64,000 nucleotides of DNA. Origin: Vicugna vicugna (Eukaryota). The first letter of the stretch is position 1; each line of letters opens with the position of its first letter. The notes under the pieces are model-generated. The model was given only the letters and a program-made list of their open reading frames with translations, did not search any database and was not told where the DNA came from. Of the stretch, positions 24,531-36,459 are shown piece after piece. The DNA is taken from NCBI GenBank assembly GCA_013265495.1, contig MU061578.1, positions 133,308 through 197,307 of the forward strand, given 5' to 3'. Both the position numbers and the translations under genes were made by a program.

Positions 24531-25221
24531 TTATATTTTAACGAAGAATTCTGAAAGCTTCCTAGTGGAATTTCCGGCAACTGTAACGGGGAGATGATTT
24601 TAAGCAGTGAGACCTCCCCAGTTCCACATACCCCAGTGTCCACACATGCACACGAAGCCTGTTTACTGCCTGCATGAGGTCATTCCGATGCTCTAGGCTC
24701 TGAAAACTCCCCAGTATACGCTCTGCTCATTCATCTTGGTTATCAAGTGATATCCCGCCTACAAAGTCTGCTGAGGAAAGCACGGCCAGCTGCCATCTCT
24801 TTAATATTTAGAAATCTGCCTTAATAAATCCTAGCTCTGCCTGCATGTTGCTATCTGTATTTGTGGTCTGTAGTTTTCTGGGAATTCAGTGGGATGGTTT
24901 CTTATCTGCTAGCTTGTCAGAAACAGGCGTGAGGACAATCAAATGTTCATCTAGTCACATCTGGTGTTCTGTGGGGAACAGCGTTTAGACCCCTACTGTG
25001 TTTAACTGTATAAATGGTTTCTATCTATCATCTAAATCAGAACTGCTTACGTGCAGAGTAAACTGCATCAGATAGAGATCCACACAGGATCCGTGTTGGG
25101 GAGAGGGCAGAGTAGCTGCCCTCTTTGAACATAAGGAATTCTCATCCTCAACCTTTCTTACTTTTTCCATTGTGCCTCCTCGCTGAGTTTAGTTTTTAAT
25201 CATTGCACTGTGCGATGCACA

Positions 25222-25550
25222 ACCGTGTGTGTGTGGTGCATGCATGCAAACGTGCACACTTGTGTATCTTTGGGTCTCTGCATGTCATCCTGTGTTTCTC
25301 ACTGTGTCTGTCTGTAGTTGCATTTTTTACTGTTTCTGTCCTACATCATCACCTGCCTGTGTTTATGGATTTATTGCGGATGCATTTTGCATGTATGTTT
25401 GGGGTTTTTTGTGTGTGTGTGTGTTTGTATGTCTCTCTGTGTGTGTTTGCGTCTCTCTTTGCCTGCATATCTGTTTGCGCCTGTGATTGGCTGTCTCTGG
25501 GGGTCTGTCTTGGTGTGTGGGTCTGGTATGTGCACGTCCATGTCATGTGA
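25222..25550. repeat. TG-rich low-complexity tract
   Basis: Direct read of degenerate (TG)n. Confidence 0.85.
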
Positions 25551-26089
25551 GTCCTTTCTCTTTTCACATCATCCCTGTTCTCCCAAGGATGGAGGCAGAC
25601 CATCTGTTTTCAGGTTTGAGGAGAATGGTTAGCTTGGACCGTTATAGCACCAGGTGGCCATCCTGGTGACGTGTCTGAGGCTTGGCCTGCAGGGTCTCTC
25701 GACACAGCTCCCGCCCTCAGCTCTGTGCAGCCATGTGCCGAAAACATGCTAATGGGGTAGAATTACGTGTATTGAAATAAATGCCTTTCTTTCTGCTGCT
25801 AACAAGGCCTGCACACAGGTGCCGCCACAATCACATTCACTAGCCTCCATGAAGGAAGGTGCTTCGAGGTGGCTGAAACAATCCATTCTTCTGTCAGCTC
25901 TGGGTGGCTCCCTGCTCTGAAATCTTGTTTCCAGAATAAACAGCATTGAATAGTGCTTCAGCTGACCAAGTTCCTGTCTCTTTCTCTCTGTTAACCAGCT
26001 TGCTCTCTGCTGTACCCTGGTTTTCCCCTTAGAGCTCCCATGGAGGGTTTAATCCTCCCATCCTATTATGTTAGCGAGGATCAAGACGA

Positions 26090-26470
26090 TGGTGACAATA
26101 GTAATGATCACCATCACCGTAATCATCAGTTGCCACTTAGGTTTACATAACTCTGTACCAAGTACGAAGGCCTAGGGTTTTCTGCACATTATCTCCTTCA
26201 ATCCAAAAGTTAGACCCAGGACTCAAGTGAAATAATTTCCATTTTCCGCAATCACAGTGAGTCAGACGTGACGCTGAGCTCTTTATATGAGTTCAACTAC
26301 TTCACATGATCTGCACCCCCCAGGAAGCAGGTATCATTGTTTTCTCCATTTGATACACAGGAAAAGGGACCCCAAGAGAGGCTAAGCAGTCTGCCTGAGG
26401 TCACACAGCTAGTCAACGGCAGCTCTCGGAAAAGAACCCAGACGCGTTGCGTGCAGAGCCCACGTCGTTC
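26090..26470 (-). mobile_element. Two MIR fragments
   Basis: 'tgcacattatctccttcaatcc' and 'ccaagagaggctaagcagtctgcctgaggtcacacagctagt'. Confidence 0.75.
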
Positions 26471-26649
26471 ATCTCCCGGAGGCGGACACACTGTGGTCGG
26501 GTGGAGCTCCTGGGCTGTGGCCGGTCTTCTCCCTTGACTTTCTTGGAATCAATGACACCGAGGATTGTTTTATAGCTCTGGGCAATGCTTGGGCTGCTGG
26601 TCCCACAAGGCACTTTCTTCCCAGATGCCTCCCTGTTGGCTTTCTCTCT

Positions 26650-27450
26650 CTCTCTCTGTACCCCTCGTCCCCTCCTGAGGTCCAAGTCCTGAATTTCAGT
26701 GTCATCTTTGATTCTTCTTTTTCTAATATCTCCCACGTGGTACATTATTGAATCCTGCCAGCTCTCCCTTCAAGACAGATCCCGACTCCAGAGTCCAGCA
26801 GCTCCTCTGCACCCCAAGGACACCACTTTGCTGGACACCATCGTCATCTCTCCTCTGGATGCCGCAATAGCCTCCTAACAGGTCTTGGTTCTGTAGTTTC
26901 CCCTATTGTCCATTCTCCACACAGAAGCCAGAGTGACCATTAATGCCAAAGCATTAAGTCTGGTCGCATCACTTCCCTCCTCCAAGCCCTCGGGGCTCCC
27001 ATTTCACCCGGAGTAAGAGCCAAACTCCTTCATGCAAGACCCGGTCACCTCTCCAGCTTCCTTAGCTGTTGTCTTCCCCACCGCTCGCTCCAGCCACATG
27101 GATCCCACTCGTCCTCAGACACACCTGCAACATCATCTCTCACACCACAGTTCCAGCTCTTTGTTCGGCCTGGGCCGCCATCCCTTGCGCCCACCCAGTA
27201 GTTCTCTCATCACTTTCTTTCCTCCGTAGTAACCAGGCCTAAAGTTTTCACCACTCTTCACCAATGCATAGTCCACTGCTTTTATTTTTTCCTTCTTAGC
27301 ACGTATGACTGGCATATATGACAACATATTTAATTTATTTATCTCGTTTATTTTCTATCCCTGTGCTAGCAGGGCATAGGGACTGTTGTCTGTTGATTAT
27401 TGCCATGTACGTGGCACATAGCAGGCACTTGGTTGGTATTTGCTGAATGA
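26650..27450 (+). mobile_element. L2 (L2a/b) 3' region
   Basis: 'ccattctccacacagaagccagagtgacc...agtaagagccaaactcctt' and L2 terminus 'tggcacatagcaggcacttggttggtatttgctgaatga'. Confidence 0.85.
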
Positions 27451-27479
27451 CACATATATGGCAACATATATTGCCTATT

Positions 27480-27965
27480 GCTATCCTGAGCCATGCATTT
27501 TCACCCCTGGAAGCAGCTGCTATGGCTGATTATCCTGTATCCTGAATCCTTCCAGAGATACTCTATACAAATACCTGTGTGTAGGTGCGTCTCTGCCTCT
27601 GTCTCTCTCCACCCGTATCTCTGTCCCTGTCATCTCTACCTGCACCTCTGCTTCTGTCTCTGTGTATCTGTATCTGCCACAGCTTCACAGCCAGACTGTT
27701 TTCTTCCCTACTTTCTTGACGTAGTATCTTGGCAGTCTTTTCACACCAGGATGCGAAGAAGCACTTGGATCTTTTTAATGCCTGTCTATTCTGTAATCGC
27801 CTGAGCATGCATATATTGTTTCACAGGCCCCTAGTGACGGACTTTTGGGCACTTCCCAATATTCCGCTCTTGCAGACATGACTCCAATGAATAACGCAGG
27901 GCTGATGTCATTTCTCACAAATGCAAATGTATCTGTGGGATGGATTCCTAGAAGTGAAATTGTGT
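27480..27965 (-). mobile_element. Ancient L1ME fragment
   Basis: 'atatctgtgggatggattcctagaagtgaaattg'-like text at the right end and 'cccctagtgacggacttttgggcacttcca'. Confidence 0.6.
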
Positions 27966-28439
27966 TGGCTTATTAAAAAAAAATCAATGCTTGGCAAGTT
28001 CAGCCTTCTCGAGAGGAGTGTTCATGGCTATGCTGACCCAGAGGGTAGCGGCGCTACTGTGTTTCATAACGTCAGAATCTAAAATCAACTCATTATATAG
28101 TTAATGGAGAACCCATGATGGCTGCTAAATTGGGAGTCCGGCCGTAACCCCCCGCCCAGCTCCCCGCCTTAGGAAGGTGCCATGAGTCTCAGAGGCCATA
28201 TGTGGCAGACGGTCTCTTGGATGATTTTCCATTAACAGTAGCCTAAGACCTAATTTTTTTTAAAAGCAGCCCTCGAGTTGGGATTGTCTTCTATACTCTA
28301 AACAGTTCTAATTTTGACTTTGCCTGTGGTCTCCGAGCTTATTTTCCCCCTTCCTGCACTGCTGGACTTGGCGGTAGGGTGGGGTGTGGTGAGTAGGGCT
28401 ATTTTGTGCAACCAGAGACAGAGGAGAGAACCTGGAATG

Positions 28440-28650
28440 TCAGCCGTGCTTAGGCTTTGCTGAAGCTCTGGACGTTACAGTTTCCCTTTTTATAAAATGC
28501 GGGTAATAACAGCTGCCCCTCATGGGACTGTCCTGAGGATTTAATTAACTCCTGTATTCATTTGTTAAACAACATTTACTAAATACCAGCCCTGTGTGAG
28601 GCTCAGAGAATGGAGACCTAAAAAAAAAGGTGCACAAGCCCCTGACTGCC
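28440..28650. mobile_element. MIR (+) abutting an L2 3' end (-)
   Basis: 'cagtttccctttttataaaatgcgggtaataacagc...tgaggatttaa' followed by 'attcatttgttaaacaacatttactaaatacc'. Confidence 0.6.
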
Positions 28651-30484
28651 TTTATGACCAGCATGTGGAGTGCTTCGCATGGCGCCTGGTGCACAGCAGG
28701 GGCCCCAGTGCACGAGGGCTTCTGGCATTCATCCTCATCGGAGGGCAGAGAGAGACTCACTCTGTTTGGGGGAACTGGATCAGAGGGGGAGGTGTCTGAG
28801 TTTGCCTTGAGGATGAGGACATAGGTTTCCAGGAAGGGAAGGGGGTTGGGTGCTGGGAATTTCTCAGCAGAAGGGACAGCGTGGGATAAGGTATGGGGGA
28901 GGGAGGACCTTGGGGAGTTGGCAAAACTGAAGAATCTGGTCCTAAGGAAACACAGGGGGTCATCCTCCATGCTGACGTCATGCTGCGCCCAGATCTCTAG
29001 GCTGCCCCCAAACATGGATAATGATGGATCCCACGCTCTCAGTCTGGTGTCTTGCTTCTCAATGTGCAGTTTTTTTCTTTGCTCTGACCTCAGCCTGAGC
29101 AGTTCTGACCCATTGCCCCTCACTGAGCTTCATTCTGCATGACACCCTATGTATATCCTCCATCCCTCCATACTCCATGACCTGGTATTTCAGCAAAATA
29201 ACCCATGATAGGCTAACTTTTGCTCATGTGTGTTCTTTGTCTGTTTCCTTACGGTTTTTAATCATTCTCTTCTGATTTGATAAATGAGTCTTGGTTTCTC
29301 ACAACTTTCCTAAAGACCCAGGGTAAAAAAAACATCCTTTCCGGTAGCTCTTGCAGTTGTGAGGGAAAAAATGAGCCTCCTCTATAGTCAATAAATCACT
29401 TTGTCACCTTAATCTTTTATTGATCTCAATAAAAGTTGTATTTTGTTTCTTAACAAAAATCCACCAGGGAAGACATCCTGTACAGGTAGGGGCACGATGA
29501 AAGTAGTGGTCAAGCCATCACCTCACATTGTTATTTATGGGAGAGCAGTGAATTTGAGGGGGGCAAAGGATGGGGGGACTAAGAAACCATTCTTGCAAGT
29601 GATGCATCGTATTTTAAAAGACACACTTGACTCCAGGTAGCCTACTCACAGACAAGACTCTGAAGCTATATTTTATGCAGACTTTTATAAACAGGTCATA
29701 AACAGCCCTCTTCTCCACGTCGGAAAGGGAAAGGCTCTTTCTTGCTTGCAAGTAATGCATCTGTGCGGTCAGTTAAATTTAGAATATGGCAATCATTGTA
29801 CTCAGACATGGCTTGATCTCTAGGGGAGGATTATCAAAACAGGTTACTCATGGAGGAGCGAGTAACATTTCATCAAGGCTTGGAATCAAACTTTCACTAA
29901 GGCTTGGAATAAATATATTTCCCCCTCGGTGCAGAGGTAAAGGCATACTAATAAAAAATGGTCTCCAATGTTAATGTTTATGTCTTGCACATATATCCCC
30001 CCAGGGTGTGGGTAACGGAAAGGTTTGGTGATTCAGGCCTGGGGAAAAAAAAAGAGGCAAAGCAGAGCAGTGCATACACACAATTCTTTTCTCTCTTGCC
30101 TACTTTTTCTGTAAGACTTGACTCAGTTGTCATCTCTGTCAGGGCTTCATCCCTGGGACCCCGCTTTTTATTCTCCCCAAATATCCTGTGATTTCCTCTG
30201 CTGTGTTATTACATTCTACCACACGAATCAGGCAAGGTCCCTGATTTCCTGGGGTTTATATTCTCTGGTGAAATAATATACAACTAAAGCACAAAGCCTG
30301 GCACATAGGAGGTGCTCAAAACATGGAGGTTCAGGTTTATCTTCATTCCCTTCCTCTGTCTGATGGTTGTCACAGTGCCTCTGAGCACACAAAAGTTGTT
30401 TTTTCTTGGTGGAGGGATTGAGGGTCCATATCTCTTAAAGATGTGAACCAAATGATCTCCAAAGAACAATTTTAACTCCTGGTA

Positions 30485-30775
30485 TAATAATAGCTAATGT
30501 TAATTGAGTGCTTTCACTGTGCCAAGCTCCGTGGGATCTTATGAATAATAGATGGCATTTATTGTTTGTTTACCATGCACTTTGCTAAGTGCTTTTTATA
30601 TGTTCATCTTTTAATCTTTGTAAGGATCCCAGGATGTTAGTACTGTTCTTATCCCTGTTTTGCCAAAGAGGACCCTGTCTACACAGAGGTTAAGAAGCAC
30701 GTCCAAATTCCTCCAACTGGAAACGGTAGGGTTGGGGGAGCAGCCCAGGTGATCAGGCTCAACAGCCCATGCTTC
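30485..30775 (-). mobile_element. MIR
   Basis: 'ataatagctaatgttaattgagtgctttcactgtgccaag...cttatccctgttttgccaaagagga...acagaggttaag'. Confidence 0.75.
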
Positions 30776-31747
30776 TTGCCTTTATACTTTGCTCCGTCCC
30801 TCTACCATGCGATTATCCTCATTCTTCTAAAGGGAAACCTTGCATCAGTATTAGTTCAACCATTCACCTGTCATCTTTAATATCCAAACCAGGAAAATGG
30901 GCTATGTTCTGGCACCAATTTGACCAATCTGGGACATTGGATAGGAACATAACTGCATCATAAAGTTTGATCTCCTTTGATCAAGTCGACCTTAGAGTCC
31001 ATGAGCACTGGATACATCCTTAGGACTGGGTTTCAATGTGGATGTTATTGAGCACATTTGACTATGAAAAGGAGACATTCTCCAGTAGGACCAATTCAAA
31101 CATCAATTAAAGGGAAGATTCCACAGGCCCCCCCGAATGCAGTGCTCTCACTAGAGAGCATTATCTGCTCTTATCTCTGCTCTGATCTACAGGCAGTAGA
31201 ATGGGATGTATAAACTCATTAGCACATTTAGCCTGGGATATGCCAGAGAATAGGGAAATGGCTCTGGAAGACTTTTGGTTGTCTTTTCCCCAGTCCATAT
31301 GCAGCGATTTATCCACTTGCAGACTGTGGAAAGCCCAGGTCTGTGCACATTCACAGAAATATAAAGCACTACATAAAACAAAGGGAATTGTTAGTAAAAC
31401 AGATGCAGTGTTAATTGCACTTGTGAGAGCAGCATAAATAAAACAATACGTGTACTAGAAAATCCTTTTATGATGCTCAGATTTCACAAAACTGGCTTTT
31501 CAGCAAAGGTAAAGAACAAAAACGACAGCAGAGTGACTAGAATTACATGTTTTAAAAAATCATTCAGATCGATGCTAATGGAGTCAATGATTTTCAATGT
31601 CTTACTCATTTTTCCCTGCATCAAATATTTGCTGAAGATCTGCTATATGCCAGCTTAGGTGCTTGCTGTTTATGATAACAAAGAAGACTATTTATCACTT
31701 GTCCTCAAGGGGCCACAAGTTTAAATGCCCAAGTAAATATTTAGGGC

Positions 31748-31949
31748 AATGGTTCTCACTGGGTGGGGGTGGACAAAAGGGAATTTGGCAATATCTGGCG
31801 ACCTTTTTGGTTGTCACAACTAGGGAAGGTATGCTATCTAGCGGGTAGGCGCCTAGGTTGCTGCTAAACATCCTACTGTGTACAGGACAGTCTCCACGAC
31901 AAAGAACTTGGCCCCACCTGCCAGTAGTGCTCAAGTTGACAAGTCCTAC
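31748..31949 (+). mobile_element. MER20 hAT-Charlie element
   Basis: 'caatggttctca...tttggcaatatctggcgacctttttggttgtcacaact...tgctgctaaacatcctactgtgtacaggacag'. Confidence 0.88.
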
Positions 31950-32329
31950 TTCAGAATATTAGTTAATGAGTTCTACTGTAAAGACACATGCAAAGGTACA
32001 TGTTGGAACACAGAATGAGAGCAACTAAAGCAGCCTCTGGCATGGGGAGAGTTTTTATGAAGAATGTGCTCTATGAACTTAGACTTGATAGATTATTAAA
32101 GTTTACATGGTATGAGAGAAGAGGAAGGGAATTCATAGTAGAAGGACCAACATGTGCGAAGGGCTAGAGGCATGAAGAACAAGGTGGGTTCAGGAAAAGA
32201 CGGTAGCTTTAAGAAGCCTGAAGCTTGGAATGTGTGTGTGTGTGTTTGTATGCATGAGACAAACCATTGCGGTGAAATGGTGAAGGGCTTTCAACGCCAT
32301 GCTTAGGGCTCAGGAGCCTTGGGTTAGAT

Positions 32330-32656
32330 CAGGCGTCAGCAAACTACTGGCTGAGGGCCAAATCCAGCCTGCTGTCTGTTTTTAGATAATTCATTAGCTA
32401 TGAATGGTTTTCATGTGTTTACACAATGAAACAATCTAAAGAAGGATATTTCATGATATATGAAAACAATATGCAGTTCAAATTTCAGTGTCCATAAATA
32501 AAGTTTACTGGCCCAAGCCCATGCTCATTTATTTATTGTCTGTGGCTGCTTTCACCACAGAAGCAGACTGGAGTCACTGTGGCAGAGACCATATGGCTGG
32601 CAAAACTTTAAATATTTACTATCTGGCCCCTGACAGAGGAAGTTTGTGGATGCCTG
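32330..32656 (+). mobile_element. MER58B-like hAT-Charlie element
   Basis: TIRs caggcgtcagcaaact / agtttgtggatgcctg (13/16 complementary); 8-bp TSD ggttagat / agttagaa (6/8). Confidence 0.88.
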
Positions 32657-32790
32657 AGTTAGAAAACAGAGAATCATGTGATCGCACTAGAGAAATCACT
32701 ATCACATCTTCCAGGTTTGGAAAATGATTTGGAAGTTTAGAAATCGAGGTGGAAACTATTGGCATCCAAGGAAGATATTTATTAAGGAAT

Positions 32791-33150
32791 TGTATCAGTC
32801 AGGATATGCTCAGTTGTGTTGTGGTAACGAGCAAGCCTTCAAGATGCCATGGCTGTCAAGGCTGGTTTCTCATTAAAAATACACATCTGTAACGGGCTTT
32901 CTGGGCTTCTTTTCCACCCCAGCCTCACTCCAGGATCCAGGCTGAGAGAGAGGCCCCTTTCTGGAATATTTCAGCTAAGGTGGCAAACAGAAAAATAGAC
33001 ATTGTGAGTCACTTACTGGCTCTTAAGGTTCTGCCTGAGAGATATACAATGCTCTAACTCATAGTCCATTTGCCAAAGCAGGTCTTGCTACTCTTGGGTG
33101 CAACACGGCAAGAATACGTAATCCTCCCACAGGGATGGGCACCAAAGGCA
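32791..33150 (-). mobile_element. MaLR LTR (MLT1J/I-like)
   Basis: Begins 'tgtatcagtcaggatatgctcagttgtgttgtggtaac' (reverse complement of an MLT1 terminus). Confidence 0.7.
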
Positions 33151-33628
33151 GTAGAATTAACAGAGATGAGGAGACTGATCCTCTTGCCATTTCAGAGAAA
33201 CAGTGCATTAGAAAGACGAGGGGAGGGCAAAGTCTAGGGGACATGCTGCTTTCTACCTTTGATGCTTTAGTGGCTGGTGGTAACATTCACTGAGGTGGGC
33301 AACCCAAGAGAAGAGGCTGGGAAACAAGATGCTGAGTTCATTCAGGGCCAAGCGCCTGTGGGACATGAGGAGTGTGCCCTGTTAGGCAGCTGGGGAAGTA
33401 GGTCTGAATCTTAAGGCAGATGCAAGAAACTGGAGATTACCATCAATCTTATTCTCCTTCGTGGTTGTGGGAAATGATTCTTTTCCCAAATTAGATGACA
33501 AGATAAGAATGGTGCTTAGCATGGTGCCTGGTAAAGAAAAAAGTATCACTAAAGACTTTAGCGATTATTCTTTTTCTTAAGAAACAAGTAGAACCATGGA
33601 CACAACTGGAACACCCATTAATGATTTA

Positions 33629-34097
33629 TAGGCATACCTCGTGCTACTGCACTTTGCTTTATTGTGCTTTGCAGACACTGCATTTTTTACAAATGGAAGG
33701 TTTGTGGCAACCCTGCCTCAAACAAGTCTATTGGCACCATTTTTCCAATAGCATTTGCTCACTTCATGTCATTGTGCCATCTATGGGCAATTTAAAGTAT
33801 TCTGAGCTTTTTAAAAAAAATCACATTTGTTACAGTGATCTGTGATCAGTGACTTTTGATGTTAATATTGAAAAGGATTATGACTCAATGCTCAGATAGT
33901 GGTTAGTATTTTTTAGCAATGAGGTATTTTAAAATTATGTACATGTGCTACTAGACACTTAATAGACTAAAGTGTAGTGTAAACATAACTTTTATAGGCA
34001 CTGGGAAGTTGACAAATTCGTATGACTCACTTTATTGAGATAGTTCTTTATTTTGGTGGTCTAGAACAGCACCCACAGTATCTTTGAGGTATGCCTG
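33629..34097 (+). mobile_element. Tigger1-derived internally deleted element (TcMar-Tigger)
   Basis: TIRs (t)aggcatacctc / gaggtatgcctg with TA on both sides; internal 'ttttttacaaatggaaggtttgtggcaaccctgc' and 'tgtagtgtaaacataacttttat'. Confidence 0.92.
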
Positions 34098-34647
34098 TAC
34101 CTTGCCTAACTTTGGCTTCATGGCTATTCCAGTAAAACTACGTGACTATACACACTTTTTATTTGTTTCCTCCTGACCTGGAGCCGGTGTTATTAAGCAC
34201 ACACTTTGCTCACCTACATATTCATACTCAACCTACAGTCATTCCTGTGTTTGGGTGGGACCGAGATGCTATTAACCGAGAGCAGATTTATGAATAATTT
34301 GAATTCTATTAGGATTTGTATCTTTCCAGTAAAGTAAACAGTGGGTCAGCTGTTACCATCAAGGTGCTTGAGAAGTCCAAAACTTGAGGAATCCGTCAGT
34401 GTTCAGGAACCATCTGTATCTTGTATTCTCCAAAAAGGTTAGGGAAAGAAATATAAAGCAGCCTAAATTATAACACTGTTGGTTACCCTGGGAAGGGTAG
34501 GGTTTCAACCTCTGCTGGAAATAGCAGGCTTAGTACAATCTAAGTTAAATTGAACAAAATTAGTGAAAATTGGAGATACAGATACAGACACACTCATACC
34601 TAAAGACTGGTTTTAGCTTTCTAAAGCTAGTTAATTTCAGGGAACTA

Positions 34648-35545
34648 CCATCATTCATTTATTCATTCATTTCTTCATTCAACAAATATTTCAGTTCCCA
34701 CTATTTCCCAGGTCAATGATGCAGGGCTTGGAGAAAGAATGGTAAATGAGACAAATTCCCTGCTCTTTCTAGAGGGGGAGACAGACCCCAACAGGTAAAT
34801 AAATAAATATGTAATACAATGTTAGGTTATGAAAACTTCACTGAAGACTAGAAAAAGGAGGGCAAAGTGTTCGTTTGATGTGGGAGGCAGTGTGCGTCTG
34901 GGTGTGGTGTCCAAGGGTCTCTGTGTAACTTTACATCAAACAGAATGAGAAGGAAAGCTATTCCTGAGGAGGTACTATTTAGGCAGAAGTCTGAATGAAG
35001 GACTGAATCATGCTGATATCTGGGGAAGAAATGCTTCTAGCAGAGGGAAGAACATGTGCAAAGGCCCTGGGGTAGGAAGTTACTTGGCATGTGCAGGTAG
35101 TAACAGAGAGACCCGTGTACCTGGGACAGGCTAAGGTGAGGGGGAAAGCTAGGAGGTGAACTCATGAAGGATGCCAGGGAGCAGGTCAAGGAAAGGAACC
35201 CCATTTGATGAAGGCCATTGGGAAGTGATTGGAGGATTGAGAGCAGAGGAATGACACAACCTTATTCTCATTTCAGAAGGACCTTCTGCCTTAGCTGCTC
35301 TGCAGGGAGAAGACTGTAGGAGGCAAAGGTGGCAACAGAAAGGTCAATTATGGGTCATTGTAGAAGAGGTGAGAAGTGTGTTTGGAGACATATTCTAAAG
35401 TTAGAATAAAAAGACTTTGCTGAGGGATTGTATGTGGAGTATGGGACAACAAGAGGCATCAAAAAATGACTCCATGATTTTCAGGCAGAGCAAATAGCTG
35501 CTGTCATCTGCAGAAATAAGGACCATTGAGGGAAGAGTGGGCTTT
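34648..35545 (-). mobile_element. L2a
   Basis: 'cattcatttattcattcatttcttcattcaacaaatattt' terminus, 'aacatgtgcaaaggccctgggg' and 'ggcatcaaaaaatgactccatgatttt'. Confidence 0.88.
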
Positions 35546-35739
35546 GCTAGGTCAAGAGCTCTGCAGCCCTCCACGTAATGAGGGCCATGTATCCAGGAGT
35601 GACTTATATCCTTAGAACATTTGACATTTTGCAAAAACAACTTCATGTCTGCCTTATGAACTAGGCAGGACTGATGCTATTTGTTTCCATTTTGTGAATG
35701 AAAATAACACCGGTTCAGAAAAAGTAAGCCAGAAATAGT

Positions 35740-35920
35740 GTAATAGACTATTTTCAAACAGGAGACAGATAGCCACTCCAGCTAACACAAGCACACAAAA
35801 AAAATGTATTGGCTTTTGCAAGGGAGGTATCCAAGGATGTAGCTGGCACTAGTCTTGGCTAGGATTGATGGTGAGTACTGTCCCTCTCTCTGTTAGTCTG
35901 TCTGTCAAAGATGGCAAGCC
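35740..35920 (-). mobile_element. Old MaLR/ERVL LTR fragment
   Basis: 'gacagatagccactccagctaacacaagcac...tgtattggc' and 'caaagatggc'. Confidence 0.45.
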
Positions 35921-36459
35921 TGGATGCACGTTCTGAGCCCTTAGAACTCAGAAGACTGTGCATATATTCTTTCAGGATGACCTCCCTTTCACTTGCTGAA
36001 AGACTCCTGCAATAATGTCACGGCAAGACCCATAAAGATGGAAGATTGAGTATTCAGCGGCTTGGCTGACAGCCTTTAGTTTCATTCTGATCTGGGAGAG
36101 GGGAATCCATTGCAACCCTGTCACCTCACTGCCAGAAGAGATTGCCTTCTTTCTGCTCCAGAAAGATAAAGAACTCTCCGCCTCCCAGAGAAGCGTTTCC
36201 CCTGAAGCCGATCACTGCCAGACCTTCTGGAACAGAAATTCCTCAGACTCAGCTCCAGCTGGAGCCAGGCTTACATGGAGGCCACTACTGCTGTGTTGTG
36301 ATTGGAAGGATTCTCAGCCAGGTGCCTCCATACTTGCAATTCCACCAGTCAAAAGTGACTCCTTAGGTCTTCAACTGTTATTGTTCCCTCTGCCTACTCC
36401 TCTTGGAAGATTGAAATGTCCTAAATTTCATGCCATTGAAAGTTATCTATGCCTTGTTG

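Larger units (their letters stand above)
31600..33430 (-). mobile_element. Fragmented L2 interrupted by MER20, MER58B and an MLT1 LTR
   Basis: L2 antisense text 'catcaaatatttgctgaagatctgctatatgccag', 'aacatgtgcgaagggctagaggcatga' and 'gatgctgagttcattcagggcc...ggcagctgggg' on both sides of the inserts. Confidence 0.65.

Noticed and set aside
25203..25632. Cys/Val-rich and His/Thr-rich ORFs
   Set aside because: Translation of a TG-rich low-complexity tract.
26400..27250. Classical CpG island promoter
   Set aside because: CpGs are scattered through MIR/L2 remnants with moderate GC; reported instead as a substitution-bias finding.
28545..29123. Longest ORF in the window (192 aa, minus strand)
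   Set aside because: GTG start, no domain resemblance, and it runs through L2-like sequence in GC-rich DNA where stops are rarer.
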